A stretch of DNA of 64,000 nucleotides from an uncultured Verrucomicrobiae bacterium (GCA_963707025.1 CAVPOM010000018.1:416001-480000), one strand, 5' to 3'; positions 9,724 to 21,256 are shown, counted from the stretch's first letter. The notes: generated by a model not told the origin, from the sequence alone. Program-made: numbers and translations.

Positions 9724-11787
9724 TCACGCCGGCATGTTTGATTTCGGAGCCATCGCTGCCCGGGCCAGCTCGAGAACGTCGAACGCGGGCGGCCCCGCGG
9801 CAATTTCCTCTTTTGCGTTGGCAATCATGACCATGCAAAACGGGCAGGCGACCGCCACCTTGTCCGCGCCCATGTCCGCTATCTCGCGCATGCGCGTCTG
9901 GTTGATCCGGCTGCCCAGCTTCTCTTCCATCCACATTCGGCCACCGCCCGCGCCGCAACAAAGCCCCTCTTCCCTCGAACGGGCCATCTCTTTGAGTTTA
10001 AGCCCCGGAATTGCCTCGAGAATCTGGCGGGGGGCGTCATAAACCTGATTATAGCGACCGAGGTAACACGGGTCGTGGAAAGTGACCGTTTCCGGAATCT
10101 CCCTCTCGAACACCGCGCGGCCCTGTGCCACGAGTTCCGCGACCAGTTGGCTGCCATGGGCGACCTCGTAATTTCCCCCGAACTGGGGATATTCATGCTT
10201 CAGGCAGTTGAAGCAATGCGGACAATTTGTGACAATTTTTTTCACCCCGTAGCCATTCAACGTTTGGATGTTTTGTCGGGCCAGCGTCTGGAAGAGATAC
10301 TCGTTGCCCATGCGGCGCGCGGAATCTCCAGTGCATGTTTCCTCAGTGCCAAGAATCGCGAACTTGACTCCCGCGCGGTCGAGGATTTCGGCGAGAGCCA
10401 CTGAAACTCGCTTCGCGCGGTCGTCGTAGCTGCCGGCGCAACCGACCCAGAACAGGTATTCGATGTTTCCCTTGCCTGCCTCGGCCATGGTGACGACCGG
10501 CAGTTCTTTGGCCCAGTCCGCTCGCGATGCCGTGCCGATTCCCCAGGGATTGCCGTTGGTTTCCATCCCGCGAAAAGCCGTTTGCATCTCCTTCGGGAAT
10601 TCCGCGCGTTCCAGTACCAGGTGACGCCGCATCTCGACGATTTTATCAACCGCGGGAAGGATGAACACCGGACAAACCGATGTGCAGTATCCACATGTGG
10701 TGCAGGCCCAGATTGTATCTTCGGAAATCCAACCGCCAATCAGGGACTTCGCGGCTTGCTCCGGAATCGGCTGTCCGTCTCCGCCAGCCGGCCGGTCCAT
10801 GGCGCGAGCAAGCAGTCGTGGCGTGTCCGCGTAGAACGCGTCGCGGAAGGCTTGGATAAAGTTTTTGGGATCGAGCGGCTTGCCGGTCAGGGCGGTTGGG
10901 CAGCCCACGCGACAACGGCCGCATTCCGTGCAGGCGTAGCCGTCGAGCAGCGCCTTCCAACTGAAGTCCTCGACCCTGGAGGCCCCAAACTTTTCAGCGC
11001 TTTCAAGATTGATGGCCGGAAGTTGTCCCATTGGGGAGAGCTGCTGCGCGAAGATGTTCGGGATCGCCGTGATGACATGGAAGTGCTTGGAGTAAGGCAG
11101 GTAGTTGGCGAAGAAGAATATGTCAATCAAGTGAACCCACCAACAGAACGCGAAGAGGCTGTGCAAGGACGGAGCCGGGAATCGAGCCAGCACCAGGGCC
11201 AGCGCTCCGGCTCCTGGAGACCACCATCCCCCTCGTGAAGGGTTGAGCGCGATCCGTGAAGCATCGGCCAGCAGGTCCGTGACGATGAGGAGGCCGATCA
11301 GGAACAGGATGAACCAGGCGTCGAACGAAAGGTCAAGCCTCTTCGGCTGCGCCATGGCCCGCCGGTACACCGCCATCGCAACTCCGACCAGGACGAAGAG
11401 CTCGACCAGGTCCTTCGCCCAGTTGCAAGCATGCCCGAACCGTCCGGTGAAGATCTCGAAACCCGGCACAAATCCTTCGACGGTGAGCGCCGCGGTTCGC
11501 ACGGTCAGAAGGACGAAACCCGAAAAGATAAGAATATGCATGATCCCGGCGTAGGGGTCCTTGAACATTCTCAATTGCAGAAGGGCGTACTGGAGGGTCC
11601 GCCAGCTTCGTGTGAACACGCGGTCGAAACGGTTCTCGCGCGTTCCGAGCGCGATCGCCCGGAAGCGGCGGGAGATCGAGCAGGAAAACGCTCCAAACGC
11701 GAGCGCGACGAGAATGCCGAAGAGCAGGATTCCGGATACTCCGAAATAGCTCTGGGCCGTGGGCGCTATGAGGTTATCCGTCATCAC
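9724..11787 (-). CDS. Membrane-anchored Fe-S oxidoreductase (FadF / HdrD-like; ETF:quinone oxidoreductase-type)
   Basis: N-terminal TM domain with His residues, two CxxCxxCxxxCP motifs ([24 protein letters not shown]) and two CCG-type domains ([22 protein letters not shown]). Confidence 0.9.
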   Translation of the reverse strand: MMTDNLIAPTAQSYFGVSGILLFGILVALAFGAFSCSISRRFRAIALGTRENRFDRVFTRSWRTLQYALLQLRMFKDPYAGIMHILIFSGFVLLTVRTAALTVEGFVPGFEIFTGRFGHACNWAKDLVELFVLVGVAMAVYRRAMAQPKRLDLSFDAWFILFLIGLLIVTDLLADASRIALNPSRGGWWSPGAGALALVLARFPAPSLHSLFAFCWWVHLIDIFFFANYLPYSKHFHVITAIPNIFAQQLSPMGQLPAINLESAEKFGASRVEDFSWKALLDGYACTECGRCRVGCPTALTGKPLDPKNFIQAFRDAFYADTPRLLARAMDRPAGGDGQPIPEQAAKSLIGGWISEDTIWACTTCGYCTSVCPVFILPAVDKIVEMRRHLVLERAEFPKEMQTAFRGMETNGNPWGIGTASRADWAKELPVVTMAEAGKGNIEYLFWVGCAGSYDDRAKRVSVALAEILDRAGVKFAILGTEETCTGDSARRMGNEYLFQTLARQNIQTLNGYGVKKIVTNCPHCFNCLKHEYPQFGGNYEVAHGSQLVAELVAQGRAVFEREIPETVTFHDPCYLGRYNQVYDAPRQILEAIPGLKLKEMARSREEGLCCGAGGGRMWMEEKLGSRINQTRMREIADMGADKVAVACPFCMVMIANAKEEIAAGPPAFDVLELARAAMAPKSNMPA

Positions 11788-12839
11788 TGCGCTCTTCCAT
11801 CCGCGTAGAAGCCCCGGCCGGGACTGTCGCCCGGACCAGCGGAACCGCCCTTGTCTTCATTTCTTTGCTCCGCCTTAATCGCGCGCACAGCCTTCGTGAA
11901 TTCCGGCACAAAGGAAAACAAGTCCGCCACCACACCATAGGTGGCCACCTTGAAAATCGGAGCATCTGCGTCCTTATTGATCGCCACGATCACCTTCAAC
12001 GTCCCCATGCCCGCAAGGTGCTGGATGGCGCCGGAGATTCCGATTGCGACGTAAAGCGTCGGCGAGACGACTTTTCCCGTTTGGCCCACCTGGTATTGAT
12101 GGTCAATCCACCCCGCGTCCACGGGCGCCCGCGACGCTCCGGCCGCCGCGCCTGCGCCCATGGCCTCCACGAGGTCCCGGAGGATCGGCCAATTCTCCGG
12201 CCGCTTGATGCCGCGCCCTGCCGAAACCACGATGGCCGCCTCGGTAACGTCAAGCTCTTTGCCGGCGGTGGTCTCCACGTTCGTGACGCGTGCCCCGATT
12301 TCGAGTTTGCCGAGGTCGAGCATTTCGATCTTCGGAACGGCCGCGTCTTCCTTGGGATCCGCGGGAAAAATGTTCGGCCGGACGGTCACAACCTGAAGCG
12401 GCGCCGCGCCGCAATCAACGGTCGCCCGCGCCTTGCCCGAATAGACGGGCCGTTTGGCGACGAGTTGATTGCCTTCGACCTGGAGATCTATGACATCCAC
12501 AAGAACGCCGACGCCGTTACGTGCGGCGAAGCGGGGCGCCAGGTCCTTTCCCATCGCGGTCGCCGCGATTAACACAGCGTCGGCGCCTGCGGCTTTTCGG
12601 GCGGCGTCGAGCGCGGAGGCGTATCCCTGGCTGGAGTAAAGCGCAAGCTCATGCCGGTCGGCGACGTACACGACTTCCGCGCCGTATTTCGAGAGCACCC
12701 GGGCGGCGTCCGCGACGCCGTGGCCCGCCACGATGGCGGCAACCGGCCCGCCGGCCAGGCGCGAGGCGAGCCGCACGGCTTCGAGCGAGGCTCTGCGGAT
12801 CTGGCCTTCACGTTGCTCGACAAAGACGAGAAACTTCAT
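11784..12839 (-). CDS. etfA: Electron transfer flavoprotein alpha subunit
   Basis: [29 protein letters not shown]...VAINKD FAD-binding signature. Confidence 0.95.
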   Translation of the reverse strand: MKFLVFVEQREGQIRRASLEAVRLASRLAGGPVAAIVAGHGVADAARVLSKYGAEVVYVADRHELALYSSQGYASALDAARKAAGADAVLIAATAMGKDLAPRFAARNGVGVLVDVIDLQVEGNQLVAKRPVYSGKARATVDCGAAPLQVVTVRPNIFPADPKEDAAVPKIEMLDLGKLEIGARVTNVETTAGKELDVTEAAIVVSAGRGIKRPENWPILRDLVEAMGAGAAAGASRAPVDAGWIDHQYQVGQTGKVVSPTLYVAIGISGAIQHLAGMGTLKVIVAINKDADAPIFKVATYGVVADLFSFVPEFTKAVRAIKAEQRNEDKGGSAGPGDSPGRGFYADGRAQ

Positions 12840-12840
12840 G

Positions 12841-13631
12841 TCAGATCACCTTCGCTTCCTCACGCAGTATCCGCGCCAGCACCCGCGCCGCCGCCGCCGG
12901 ATCGGCCGCCGCTCCATCCGCCGAGGACTTTGCGTCGCCTCCGGGCACGAAGCAGCAGGGTTTTGGCGGCGGCGGAAGTTCGAGCCGGCGCACATTGGTT
13001 ACGGGCGCGAATGCCACCGCCGGCTTCTCCCGCATCGGCTTCTTTCTGGCCGCCATGATTCCTTTAAGCGACGCGTACCGTGGCTCGCTTAATCCCTTCT
13101 GCGCTGTCAGAACGCAGGGAACCGAGGTTTCCACACGTTCATGAGCCCCTTCGATTTCCCGCTCGCAAACGAGCGAGCTGTCCGCCATCTCGAATTTTAC
13201 GACATCCCCCACATGGGGAAGGCCCAGCAGCTCAGCCGTCATCGGTCCGACGACGGACTCATCCCACCCGGCGCCTTTTTGGCCGAACCAGAGGAGATCG
13301 AATTTGCCTTCGCCATAAACGGCCGCGATGTTCCTGGCCACACCGAGGGCGTCCAGATCGCCTCCTCGGGCCGTCCGCACCCACACTGCCTCGTCAGCGC
13401 CGCGTGCGAGACATTCCAGCAGGCCGGATTTGACGCGCTCGGCGCCAACCGAAGTGACCGTCACCGAGCCACCCCGCGACTCTTTCAGCTTGATCGCCTC
13501 CTCCAGCGCCAGCTCGTCATACGGAGAGATGATCCACCTCACGTCGCTCTCATCAATCGTTTTGCCATCGGCGGCAATCTTAACCTTGTCTCGGTGTCAG
13601 GGACGTACGCTATGCAAACCAGTGAATTCAC
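12841..13631 (-). CDS. etfB: Electron transfer flavoprotein beta subunit (one-base deletion near 13586)
   Basis: GTG 13631 gives MNSLVCIAYVPDTET, then in another frame VKIAADGKTIDESDVRWIISPYDELALEEA...ARGADEA...EPRYASLKGIM. Confidence 0.9.
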
Positions 13632-13695
13632 CTGTTAGGAAATTGTTCTGCCAACCATCTTCCCCAATCCTGTTTCCCCCGGGACCTCGCAAGCA

Positions 13696-15297
13696 TCAGG
13701 GGAAGTCTCCCCGCCTGAACGCTTCGATAATTCCATCAGCCGTCCTCGTAGCCAGCGCGGAGATGGTCAACGCGGGGTTTGCCGCACCCCCGGTCACCCA
13801 AACACTGCCGTCCCCTATGAACAGATTGGGCACGTCATGCGTGCGGCACCACGGATCCACAACCGATGTCCTTGGGTCCTTGCCCATTCTGCAGGTGCCG
13901 AGGTAGTGCGAGGAAGCCCCGGCAATGATTTCGCCCACGGTTATGTTGCGCGCCCCGGCGGCTTCGAGTATCTCGCGGAGTTTGGACGAAATCGCGCCGA
14001 TCATGGCCAGGTCATTCGCGCCGTGGGTGTTGACAATCTGCGGCACGGGCAATCCATAAATATCTTTTACAACTGGATCGAGCCTGACCTGATTGCGCTC
14101 GTCCGGCAATTGTTCCCCGTCGGTAGCAAGGCCCACCATGTGTCCGAAGCGTTCCTTGACCTGCGCCTTGTGTTCAGCCCCCCAACCGGGGATGGAACGT
14201 GCCGTGGCCAGAGGCCATTGCGGCTCATTCTCCACGGAAATAGTCCATCCGCGCGCGAAACCGTTCCTGGAATTGGTTTCATAGAAATCCTGCATGATGC
14301 CGCCCGTCGGGACCCCGCGCCAGGAATCCAGGCGCTCGGAGAAGATCCCATGCGAAAACACCGACAAGTGTTCCATAAAGTATTTGCCTGCCAGTCCACT
14401 GGAATTGGCCAGCCCATCAGGAAATAAGCGCGAGGTGCTTAATAGCAGAAGGCGAGTGGTCTCGACCGCATTACCCGCCACCACAATCACGCGTCCAAAA
14501 ACCTCCTTTTCGTGCCCTTCCGCGTCAAAGTAGATCACGCTGCGCGCTCTGTCCTTGAGCCCAACCGTGATTCTCCGGGCCATGCATTCGGTGCGGATGG
14601 ATACCCGGCCAGTCCGTTCCGCCTTGGGAATGTAAGTGACATCAATGCTTGATTTCGCCGAGATTTTGCAGCCCAGGCTGCAGGTCCCGGCGCCGTTGCA
14701 GGCCGGTCGGCCGTTCCAATCCTTGGTGGGGATGGCCAGCGGTTCTCGCACCAGGTGCAATCCCAACCTTTCCGCACCGCGTCTCACCGCGCCGCTGGCC
14801 AGGTTGAATCCGTGTGGCGGAGTAGGGTACGGTCGCGAACGGGGCGGATCGAAGGGGTTGGCGTCGGCGCCATCCGGCCCCGAAACACCCAGCTCGTACT
14901 CGACTTTTGTATAGTAAGGTTCCAGATCGGCGTAGCTGATCGGCCAATCGTCCGCCACTCCGTCCTGGCTTCGCACTCGAAAGTCGGATTCATGGAGCCT
15001 GGGCGTCATGGCGTGGTAGCACAGCGTTGAACCACCGACCCCCTTGACGCGATGATAGGAGAACCGGTTTTTGCCGCCGGAGGTGTATTGATCCCGGCGT
15101 GGATCTTTGGGCGCAAAAACGTCAGCCGCGCGAACCTCAAAATCAATGGCACTTGTGTGGTAGTCGTTATAAGGATCGTAGCGCCTTCCGGCTTCCAGTA
15201 CAATGACTTCCAGTCCTGCTTCCCCCAACTGCTTGGCCATGACCCCGCCTCCGGCGCCTGAGCCGATCACTATGACATCTGCGCTGTCCTTTGTCAT
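13696..15297 (-). CDS. GMC family flavoprotein oxidoreductase (gluconate/glucoside dehydrogenase large-subunit type)
   Basis: GSGAGG Rossmann motif, GVGGST, Cys cluster CNGAGTCSLGC, HYLGTCRMG, ANPALTI. No signal peptide. Confidence 0.9.
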   Translation of the reverse strand: MTKDSADVIVIGSGAGGGVMAKQLGEAGLEVIVLEAGRRYDPYNDYHTSAIDFEVRAADVFAPKDPRRDQYTSGGKNRFSYHRVKGVGGSTLCYHAMTPRLHESDFRVRSQDGVADDWPISYADLEPYYTKVEYELGVSGPDGADANPFDPPRSRPYPTPPHGFNLASGAVRRGAERLGLHLVREPLAIPTKDWNGRPACNGAGTCSLGCKISAKSSIDVTYIPKAERTGRVSIRTECMARRITVGLKDRARSVIYFDAEGHEKEVFGRVIVVAGNAVETTRLLLLSTSRLFPDGLANSSGLAGKYFMEHLSVFSHGIFSERLDSWRGVPTGGIMQDFYETNSRNGFARGWTISVENEPQWPLATARSIPGWGAEHKAQVKERFGHMVGLATDGEQLPDERNQVRLDPVVKDIYGLPVPQIVNTHGANDLAMIGAISSKLREILEAAGARNITVGEIIAGASSHYLGTCRMGKDPRTSVVDPWCRTHDVPNLFIGDGSVWVTGGAANPALTISALATRTADGIIEAFRRGDFP

Positions 15298-15341
15298 GCT
15301 ACACAGCTTACAGCACCTGCGGAAGCGCGCACATTTGATGC

Positions 15342-16740
15342 TTATGATCTTCCGGTGTGTCGGCCAGCTTGCGCACCCATAATCTTGTCATACTGCAAAT
15401 CGAGCGCTTGGCGGAAAAGCAGAGCAGCAGAACGGAGGCGGGCCGCCTCCCGCTGGCGGGCGGCTTGCAGTGCCTCAAACCGTTCGATGAACGCGTCGAG
15501 TTTCAATGCATTGATATCGAGGCAATACCCGCTCTGTTTCACGCTTTTCATGTGTGCATCCACCTTGCGGTCGAAAGAAATGGCCAGCACGGGTATGGCG
15601 ATGAGGTGTGACAGGATAACGCCGTGGAGCCTGCTCGCGATGATCAAATCGGCCTGCCCAATTCCTTCCAAATGATTATCAACGCTCTGCTCGAACGGAC
15701 CCGGAAGCGTCAGAATCGCATCGGGGTCTCTTGGGATGCCAGAGATGCCGGTTAGGACATCCTTAATGGTTTCGAGATCGGGGCTGTCCGTCGCGAAGAC
15801 AATCAACCGATGCCCTTCCTTTAAGAGCCACTTCACCATCTCCGTAAATTGGCTGAGGTATGCGCCATAACGGCGTTCATCGCTCTCAGGCCAAACTCTC
15901 GGGTCGCAATAGGCGATGGGACTAACCCCAACCACGAGGCGGCCAGCTCGCCGGGCGCCGGTCTCTGCGGTGTGGATCGTTGGAGCGGGATAGCTAAAGG
16001 CCAAATCTGGAAACACGGGATCGTTGGACGCGTTGATCAAAGCTTGGACGGCGATCTTCGAAATCCGGGTCCCTGTAGGAACGGTAAGCCGCCAGTCTCA
16101 GGGCGATGCGGACGAAGAAACGACTGAGCGGATGTTCCAGCGAGCATTTCCCCACGCTTACAAACAGAAATGGAACTCGATAAATTCTGCTCAGGACACT
16201 CCATTTCAACAAGGACCAGGGATGCCCCCAAGGGCCGCCCCAAAACTCGTCCAAAGCGCCCCCACCCGGGATAATGACAGCATCTAATCTCCGAACAACG
16301 CGCGTCGCCGCCGCAATATGGGCCAGTTCCCGGCTCCACATGCGCACAGTTTTTACAAGAATCACCAACAACGGAATCCGCTTCAACCATTGCTTAATCC
16401 GCCCGCTCCCGCGGGCTTTCCCTTCGCGGGTTTGGGAACTGCTTGGACTGTCTTGGTAATAGTGGAGGCGGGAACCCGCTGCCAGCGGGAAAGCCTCAAA
16501 TCCGTAGCGACGGCGGGTTTGCTCCAGGCTCAGAGTGATTCCCACAAACTCCACGGCCGGGATCCGATTGGATATGTTCAAAATCACAGAAGAAAGGATT
16601 GTGGTATTTCCCAAATTGCCTCCTGACCAGGGGCTGAGAAGAGCCAATCTCCTAACCGGCCGGCTCAGGACAAACGAGCGGCTCTCATTCTGCGCACATT
16701 CCTCGATTCCTTTGCTGCAAGTTTGAGACACTTCTGCCAT
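15342..16740 (-). CDS. Polysaccharide pyruvyl transferase family protein (frameshift near 16062)
   Basis: GNLGN, IPGGG and SYRD motifs in 15994..16740; PDLAF and SRLHG in 15342..16040. Removing one T restores RDPDSKIAVQALINASNDPVFPDLAF. Confidence 0.85.
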
Positions 16741-16755
16741 AAAGGTGCTTGCGCC

Positions 16756-17400
16756 TCAGCGCGGCTGCGTAAGATTTGCATATCCCTTTTCCATGGGAGG
16801 TCCGTCATACTCCAACCAGGTCCAACTCACACGGCTGGTATAGAATATCTGGATACAATCGTCCCTGATCATCGGATACAACATTGCGGCGAAATACATT
16901 CCTTTCCCGGCTTGCGTGACGGCCCGAAGCCTGCGGCCTGCCTTCAGGATTGGAGATGCCGCCGCCGTCCAGCTATCATGCAACTCCTGGGCCGCCCGAA
17001 ACAAGCTGGTCTGTTGCTCCGCCGGCAGCCCGGCAAACTTGCATCCGTGCTGCCTGACCGCCCAAATATCGAAGGATAGCAGGCCGCGCGAATAGAAGTG
17101 CTGCCGGTCCGGGCCTTCCCCGATCATCTTGTCGAGCAAGGCAACGGCGCTGGGGCCAAATATGCAGATCTCGTCAATTCCGGGAGATCCTTCCTCCGAC
17201 GGAATGATTATTCTGGCCAAGGCTTCGGCGACTGCCGTCTCCTCCGGCGTAAGCCAGTGCAGGGAATCCCCTCCTCGCGCGGAATTCCGCAGGTCAAGCT
17301 CCTTGTTAAAACCCCTCGACGCCAAAGCAAGACAAGCATCAAGAAGCCTCTTAATAGCCGCAATCCCCAGCATTCTCAAACGCCTCATAGTCGCTTCCAT
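16756..17400 (-). CDS. Gluconate 2-dehydrogenase subunit 3 (small subunit) family protein
   Basis: LARIIIPSEEGSPG, FAGLPAEQQ, FYTSRVSWTWLEYDGPP motifs. Start uncertain (17400 or 17457). Confidence 0.7.
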   Translation of the reverse strand: MEATMRRLRMLGIAAIKRLLDACLALASRGFNKELDLRNSARGGDSLHWLTPEETAVAEALARIIIPSEEGSPGIDEICIFGPSAVALLDKMIGEGPDRQHFYSRGLLSFDIWAVRQHGCKFAGLPAEQQTSLFRAAQELHDSWTAAASPILKAGRRLRAVTQAGKGMYFAAMLYPMIRDDCIQIFYTSRVSWTWLEYDGPPMEKGYANLTQPR

Positions 17401-17495
17401 GGTCGGGCGTCGCAGCCCGTGCTCAAACCATCCGCTCCACTGTTCTCTGGAGGCCATTGGGATGCAGTCCTCCCGGAAGCGGCCAAATCTCCATA

Positions 17496-18243
17496 TCAGG
17501 CGCCACCTTTGACAAACACGAGATATTCGCTTTGCCCGGGCATCATAGGAGCAAAGAAACTCTCCCGCAGACGGCACTGTCGTCTGGCGAAGAAGTCTAT
17601 CAGCAGTGAGCGCGGCATCATGCATGGATAATAGACCTTGCCGGCGATCCATTTCTCGATCGTCGCATCCGGCATGCAGTTTTCCGAAACAATGTCAAAA
17701 ACAATCCAGCCCCCGCTCCGGGCAACGCGAATCATTTCACCAAAGGTACTGGCAGGTGACAACGAAGGGCAAATACACAAAGACCTTGTGCGCGTGAACC
17801 AAATCCACCGACCCGGTAACCGTGTCGCGCAGACTCGTCCCGTCCGCCGGATGGGCCGTGACATGATAACTGCGCGCCAGCCAATCAGACCACTCCTGGT
17901 CGGTTTCATATATTTGGTAGGAGCGCGGAGCGCACAAGAGCTGCACTTTTTCAAGATACCGGCCCGACCCAGGCCCGATTTCGCACACCTCTTGCACGTC
18001 CCTGCTCAGTATTCCACACGCCACGAGCTGGTCAATGGTTGATTGAGTTGCCCCAGGCACATGGAATTTTCGGTCAATGTAGTCTCCCACTGACAACCCA
18101 GCCTTGGTTGCCTCATCAAATGTCCTCCTAAAAGGTTGAAAGGACTTGATATGAGCCTGCTCGCCGGGACGTACCAACTGGAAACCAGCACGCGCCAGCA
18201 GGGCGTTAAGTTTCTTGCGCGCTGCTTGTCGAAATGTGGACAT
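17496..18243 (-). CDS. Class I SAM-dependent methyltransferase (frameshift near 17745)
   Basis: VCEIGPGSGRY motif I, SVDLVHA; continuation FGEMIRVARSGGWIVFD in ORF 17496..17954. Confidence 0.8.
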
Positions 18244-18375
18244 AATTTGCCTTCGCGGCCTGGAACCTAGACTCGCATCTCAAGGCCGCTGTAGGAGGCG
18301 AGGAAAGGCTGGCAAGCTTGTCATTGACCTCGCGGCCCAACGCCACAACGAGATCTTCCATTTGCTATGGCCAAT

Positions 18376-19641
18376 CTACGTCGCATTTTCCGCCGCGGAT
18401 GTGGCTCCTGCCCTAAGAGCGGGCCTCGAACCCGAAGCCGTGCGAATCTCCTGCCGGGTAACTTTCGGAAAGCAATTGGCGGCGCCGCGGACATCCTCTT
18501 CAGAACTGACATGAATGGCGGCGGCCGGCTCCCATCTGTCGTATTCACGTTGTGTATCATACCGGTAAACGAGGATGGAAGGGTGGAAAATGCCGTTGGC
18601 CAGATTCAAATGGAGTTCGAAGGTGCAGTAGTAAACGTCACCTTCGTCGAGGGAGAAATTACCGTGGCCGAGGCGTTCGGTGGAAGTGTCGAAAATGTTT
18701 TCGTGTTCGCTGTTGGTTATATAAATAGTGAGAGATAATTTGCTGCAGCGCGAGTGCGCACACAACTCAACGTCAATCCACGCTTTCTCGCCGGATTGAA
18801 AGTGCAGGCATTCTCCACTTTGATTGCGTACGGTGACTTTCGAGATTCTGACCGGAGTGCGCTCGGCATCCTCCGTGCGCGCGCTTCGAGACCGGGCCAG
18901 ATAGGCCGAAATGACCTCCTGCGGCGGGCCGATCGTGAGGGTGCGCCCTCTTTCCAGGAGCAGGCATGAATGGCAAAACTCGGCTATGTTTTTCAGGTTG
19001 TGTGAGACGAAGACAACGGCGGCGCCGCTTCGGATCACCTCGCTCATGCGCTCGACGCACTTGCGCTGGAAAACGTAGTCGCCGACGCTGAGAACCTCGT
19101 CCACAATCAACACATCCGGATTGACATGAGCGGCCACCGCAAAGCCCAGCCTGGCGTACATGCCCGAGGAGTAGCGTTTTACCGGGGTATCAATGAATTC
19201 TTCGAGCCCGGAGAAAGCGACGATCTGGTCGAGTTTCGATTTGATCTCGACCCTGTTCATGCCGAGGATCGTTCCGTGCAGGAAGATATTCTCCCTGCCA
19301 GTGAGGTCTTGATGGAAGCCTGCCGTCACTTCGATGAGCGCGGAGAGCCGCCCATTGACAAAGAACTGTCCTTTGGTGGGTTTCATGATCCGGCTGAGTA
19401 TTTTCAATGCCGTGCTCTTGCCCGCACCATTGTGCCCGATAAGGCCAAAGGCTTCTCCGCGCTTGACCTCAAACGAGATGTCCTGCAACGCCCAGAACTC
19501 CCGCCGGTCAGTCCCGCTCAGTTCCTGCCGGCGAAACATCCTGCCGGTTAATGCGGGTATCAGGTCGCGCAGGGAGTTGAAAACCTCGCCTTTGCGGAAC
19601 ATTTTGTACACATGCTCCATCCTGAGTGCAACATCAGACAT
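18376..19641 (-). CDS. wzt: Polysaccharide ABC transporter ATPase with C-terminal carbohydrate-binding domain
   Basis: FWALQDISFEV, GHNGAGKST, YSSGMYARL, LIVDEVLSVGD, plus a C-terminal extension. Confidence 0.92.
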   Translation of the reverse strand: MSDVALRMEHVYKMFRKGEVFNSLRDLIPALTGRMFRRQELSGTDRREFWALQDISFEVKRGEAFGLIGHNGAGKSTALKILSRIMKPTKGQFFVNGRLSALIEVTAGFHQDLTGRENIFLHGTILGMNRVEIKSKLDQIVAFSGLEEFIDTPVKRYSSGMYARLGFAVAAHVNPDVLIVDEVLSVGDYVFQRKCVERMSEVIRSGAAVVFVSHNLKNIAEFCHSCLLLERGRTLTIGPPQEVISAYLARSRSARTEDAERTPVRISKVTVRNQSGECLHFQSGEKAWIDVELCAHSRCSKLSLTIYITNSEHENIFDTSTERLGHGNFSLDEGDVYYCTFELHLNLANGIFHPSILVYRYDTQREYDRWEPAAAIHVSSEEDVRGAANCFPKVTRQEIRTASGSRPALRAGATSAAENAT

Positions 19642-19651
19642 AAGTTCCCGG

Positions 19652-20437
19652 TCAAATGCTCTCCGCGAAGGCCGGCTCCAAGTGCTTGAAGAAAACGTAC
19701 CCACCGAGGAGAGTCACCATGGCGAAAGCAAGGCTGTAGCCAAGCCAAGACAGGTCCGGGCTTTGTTGCCGGGTAATGCAGGCGCTGAACCCTTCCAGAA
19801 TCGGGGCCGCCGGATTGAGCAACAACCATTTGCCTTTGTCGCCGAACATCCGTGCGTCGTAAAAGACCGGAGTAAAGAAGATCGCGAAGGTTAACACTGC
19901 CTCAACGATGTATTTCACGTCGCGGAAGAAAAGGCTGGCCGCCGATACGAACATTCCTATTCCAATGGCCAGCAGCACCATCGTCAAGAGCAGTATTGGA
20001 ACCCAGAGAAGAGCCACGCTCCAGCCGGTCTTGATCACAAGCAGCAGAATCACGAGGGCCGCGGACGCCACAATGAAGTCGAAGAGGCAGGCCAGCACTG
20101 CCGCCAAAGGAAAAATCTCCTTTGGAAAGTAAATCTTGGTCACCAACGCGGTGTTGTTAGTGAGGCTGCCGCAGCTAAATCGAATACCAGAGACCAGGAA
20201 TGCCCAGGGGACAGATTTCACGGCCACTCCGGCGATATCTGCCGTCTCCAGGTGTTTGCCCGCCACCAACGCGTACCCATAACGGACGATAATGCCAGCC
20301 ATAACGATGAGGGCTGGCATCAAAATCGCCCAGAGAAAACCCATCACCGACTGCTTGTACCGAACCTTAATATCGCGGTAGGTGATCATGTAGAGCAACT
20401 CGCGATGCTTGTATAATTCCCTCAGTTCTTCCTTCAT
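19652..20437 (-). CDS. wzm: Polysaccharide ABC transporter permease
   Basis: RDIKVRYKQSVMGFLWAIL, KIYFPKE, FFRDV, LLNP motifs. Confidence 0.92.
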   Translation of the reverse strand: MKEELRELYKHRELLYMITYRDIKVRYKQSVMGFLWAILMPALIVMAGIIVRYGYALVAGKHLETADIAGVAVKSVPWAFLVSGIRFSCGSLTNNTALVTKIYFPKEIFPLAAVLACLFDFIVASAALVILLLVIKTGWSVALLWVPILLLTMVLLAIGIGMFVSAASLFFRDVKYIVEAVLTFAIFFTPVFYDARMFGDKGKWLLLNPAAPILEGFSACITRQQSPDLSWLGYSLAFAMVTLLGGYVFFKHLEPAFAESI

Positions 20438-21231
20438 GTGCCGCTGAGTTTCTTCAACACGAAACGAGTCCGGATGTCACGCAGCACTGGAAAATCCAGG
20501 CGCATCCGGTTCAGCGCGGGCAAATCCAACTTGGCGGCAATGAGCGTTTCACCTCGCCCGGCCTCGGCCACCGTCTCGCCCCACGGATTCACGACCAGGC
20601 TGCCTCCGTCGTAATCATGTTGCGGGTCGCTGCCACAGCGATTCACTCCGATTGCGTAGGCTTGGCTTTCAATCGCCCGGGCGCGCAGCAGCGCCGTCCA
20701 ATGCGAATGTCTTTTGCCCGGCCAGTTGGCGATCACCACCAGCATGTTCGCGCCCCGTTGGACCGCCATCCGGGATATCTCCGGAAAGCGCAAATCGTAA
20801 CAAATGGATACCGCCACCTTAAATTTACCCCAGCGGAACAGGGTAACCGCCGCGCCCGGTGCATAATGCCGGGTTTCACCGCCCGGAGAGAACAGGTGCA
20901 ACTTGGCATAGCATGCAACGCGCCGGCCCGACGGGGCGATGCAGACTGCTTCATTACATATCCGGCCGCGGGAGGCTGATCGGGCCAGTCCGCCAAGGAC
21001 GAAGACACCCCTTTCCCGCGCCAGTTCGCGGAGGAAACCATCGGTCGGACCGTTGTCGTGTTCCGCCATGGCGCGCGCATTCATGGTGAAGCCAGTGGCG
21101 AACATCTCTGGCAGGACAAGGAGCGAGCCCGGGGAAAGTCTGTGTTTGTCCAGCAACGCCCGGATTCGTTTGAAGTTTTCGCCTTTGTTTTCCCAAGCGA
21201 TGTCAAGCTGGCAGCCGTAAATCTTCATCAT
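20434..21231 (-). CDS. Carbon-nitrogen hydrolase (nitrilase/omega-amidase family)
   Basis: Glu-Lys-Cys triad: LPEMF, YAKLHLF, ICYDLRFPE; stop overlaps the wzm start. Confidence 0.9.
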   Translation of the reverse strand: MMKIYGCQLDIAWENKGENFKRIRALLDKHRLSPGSLLVLPEMFATGFTMNARAMAEHDNGPTDGFLRELARERGVFVLGGLARSASRGRICNEAVCIAPSGRRVACYAKLHLFSPGGETRHYAPGAAVTLFRWGKFKVAVSICYDLRFPEISRMAVQRGANMLVVIANWPGKRHSHWTALLRARAIESQAYAIGVNRCGSDPQHDYDGGSLVVNPWGETVAEAGRGETLIAAKLDLPALNRMRLDFPVLRDIRTRFVLKKLSGT

Positions 21232-21256
21232 TTCGGCCTGGGTTACAAATCACCAG

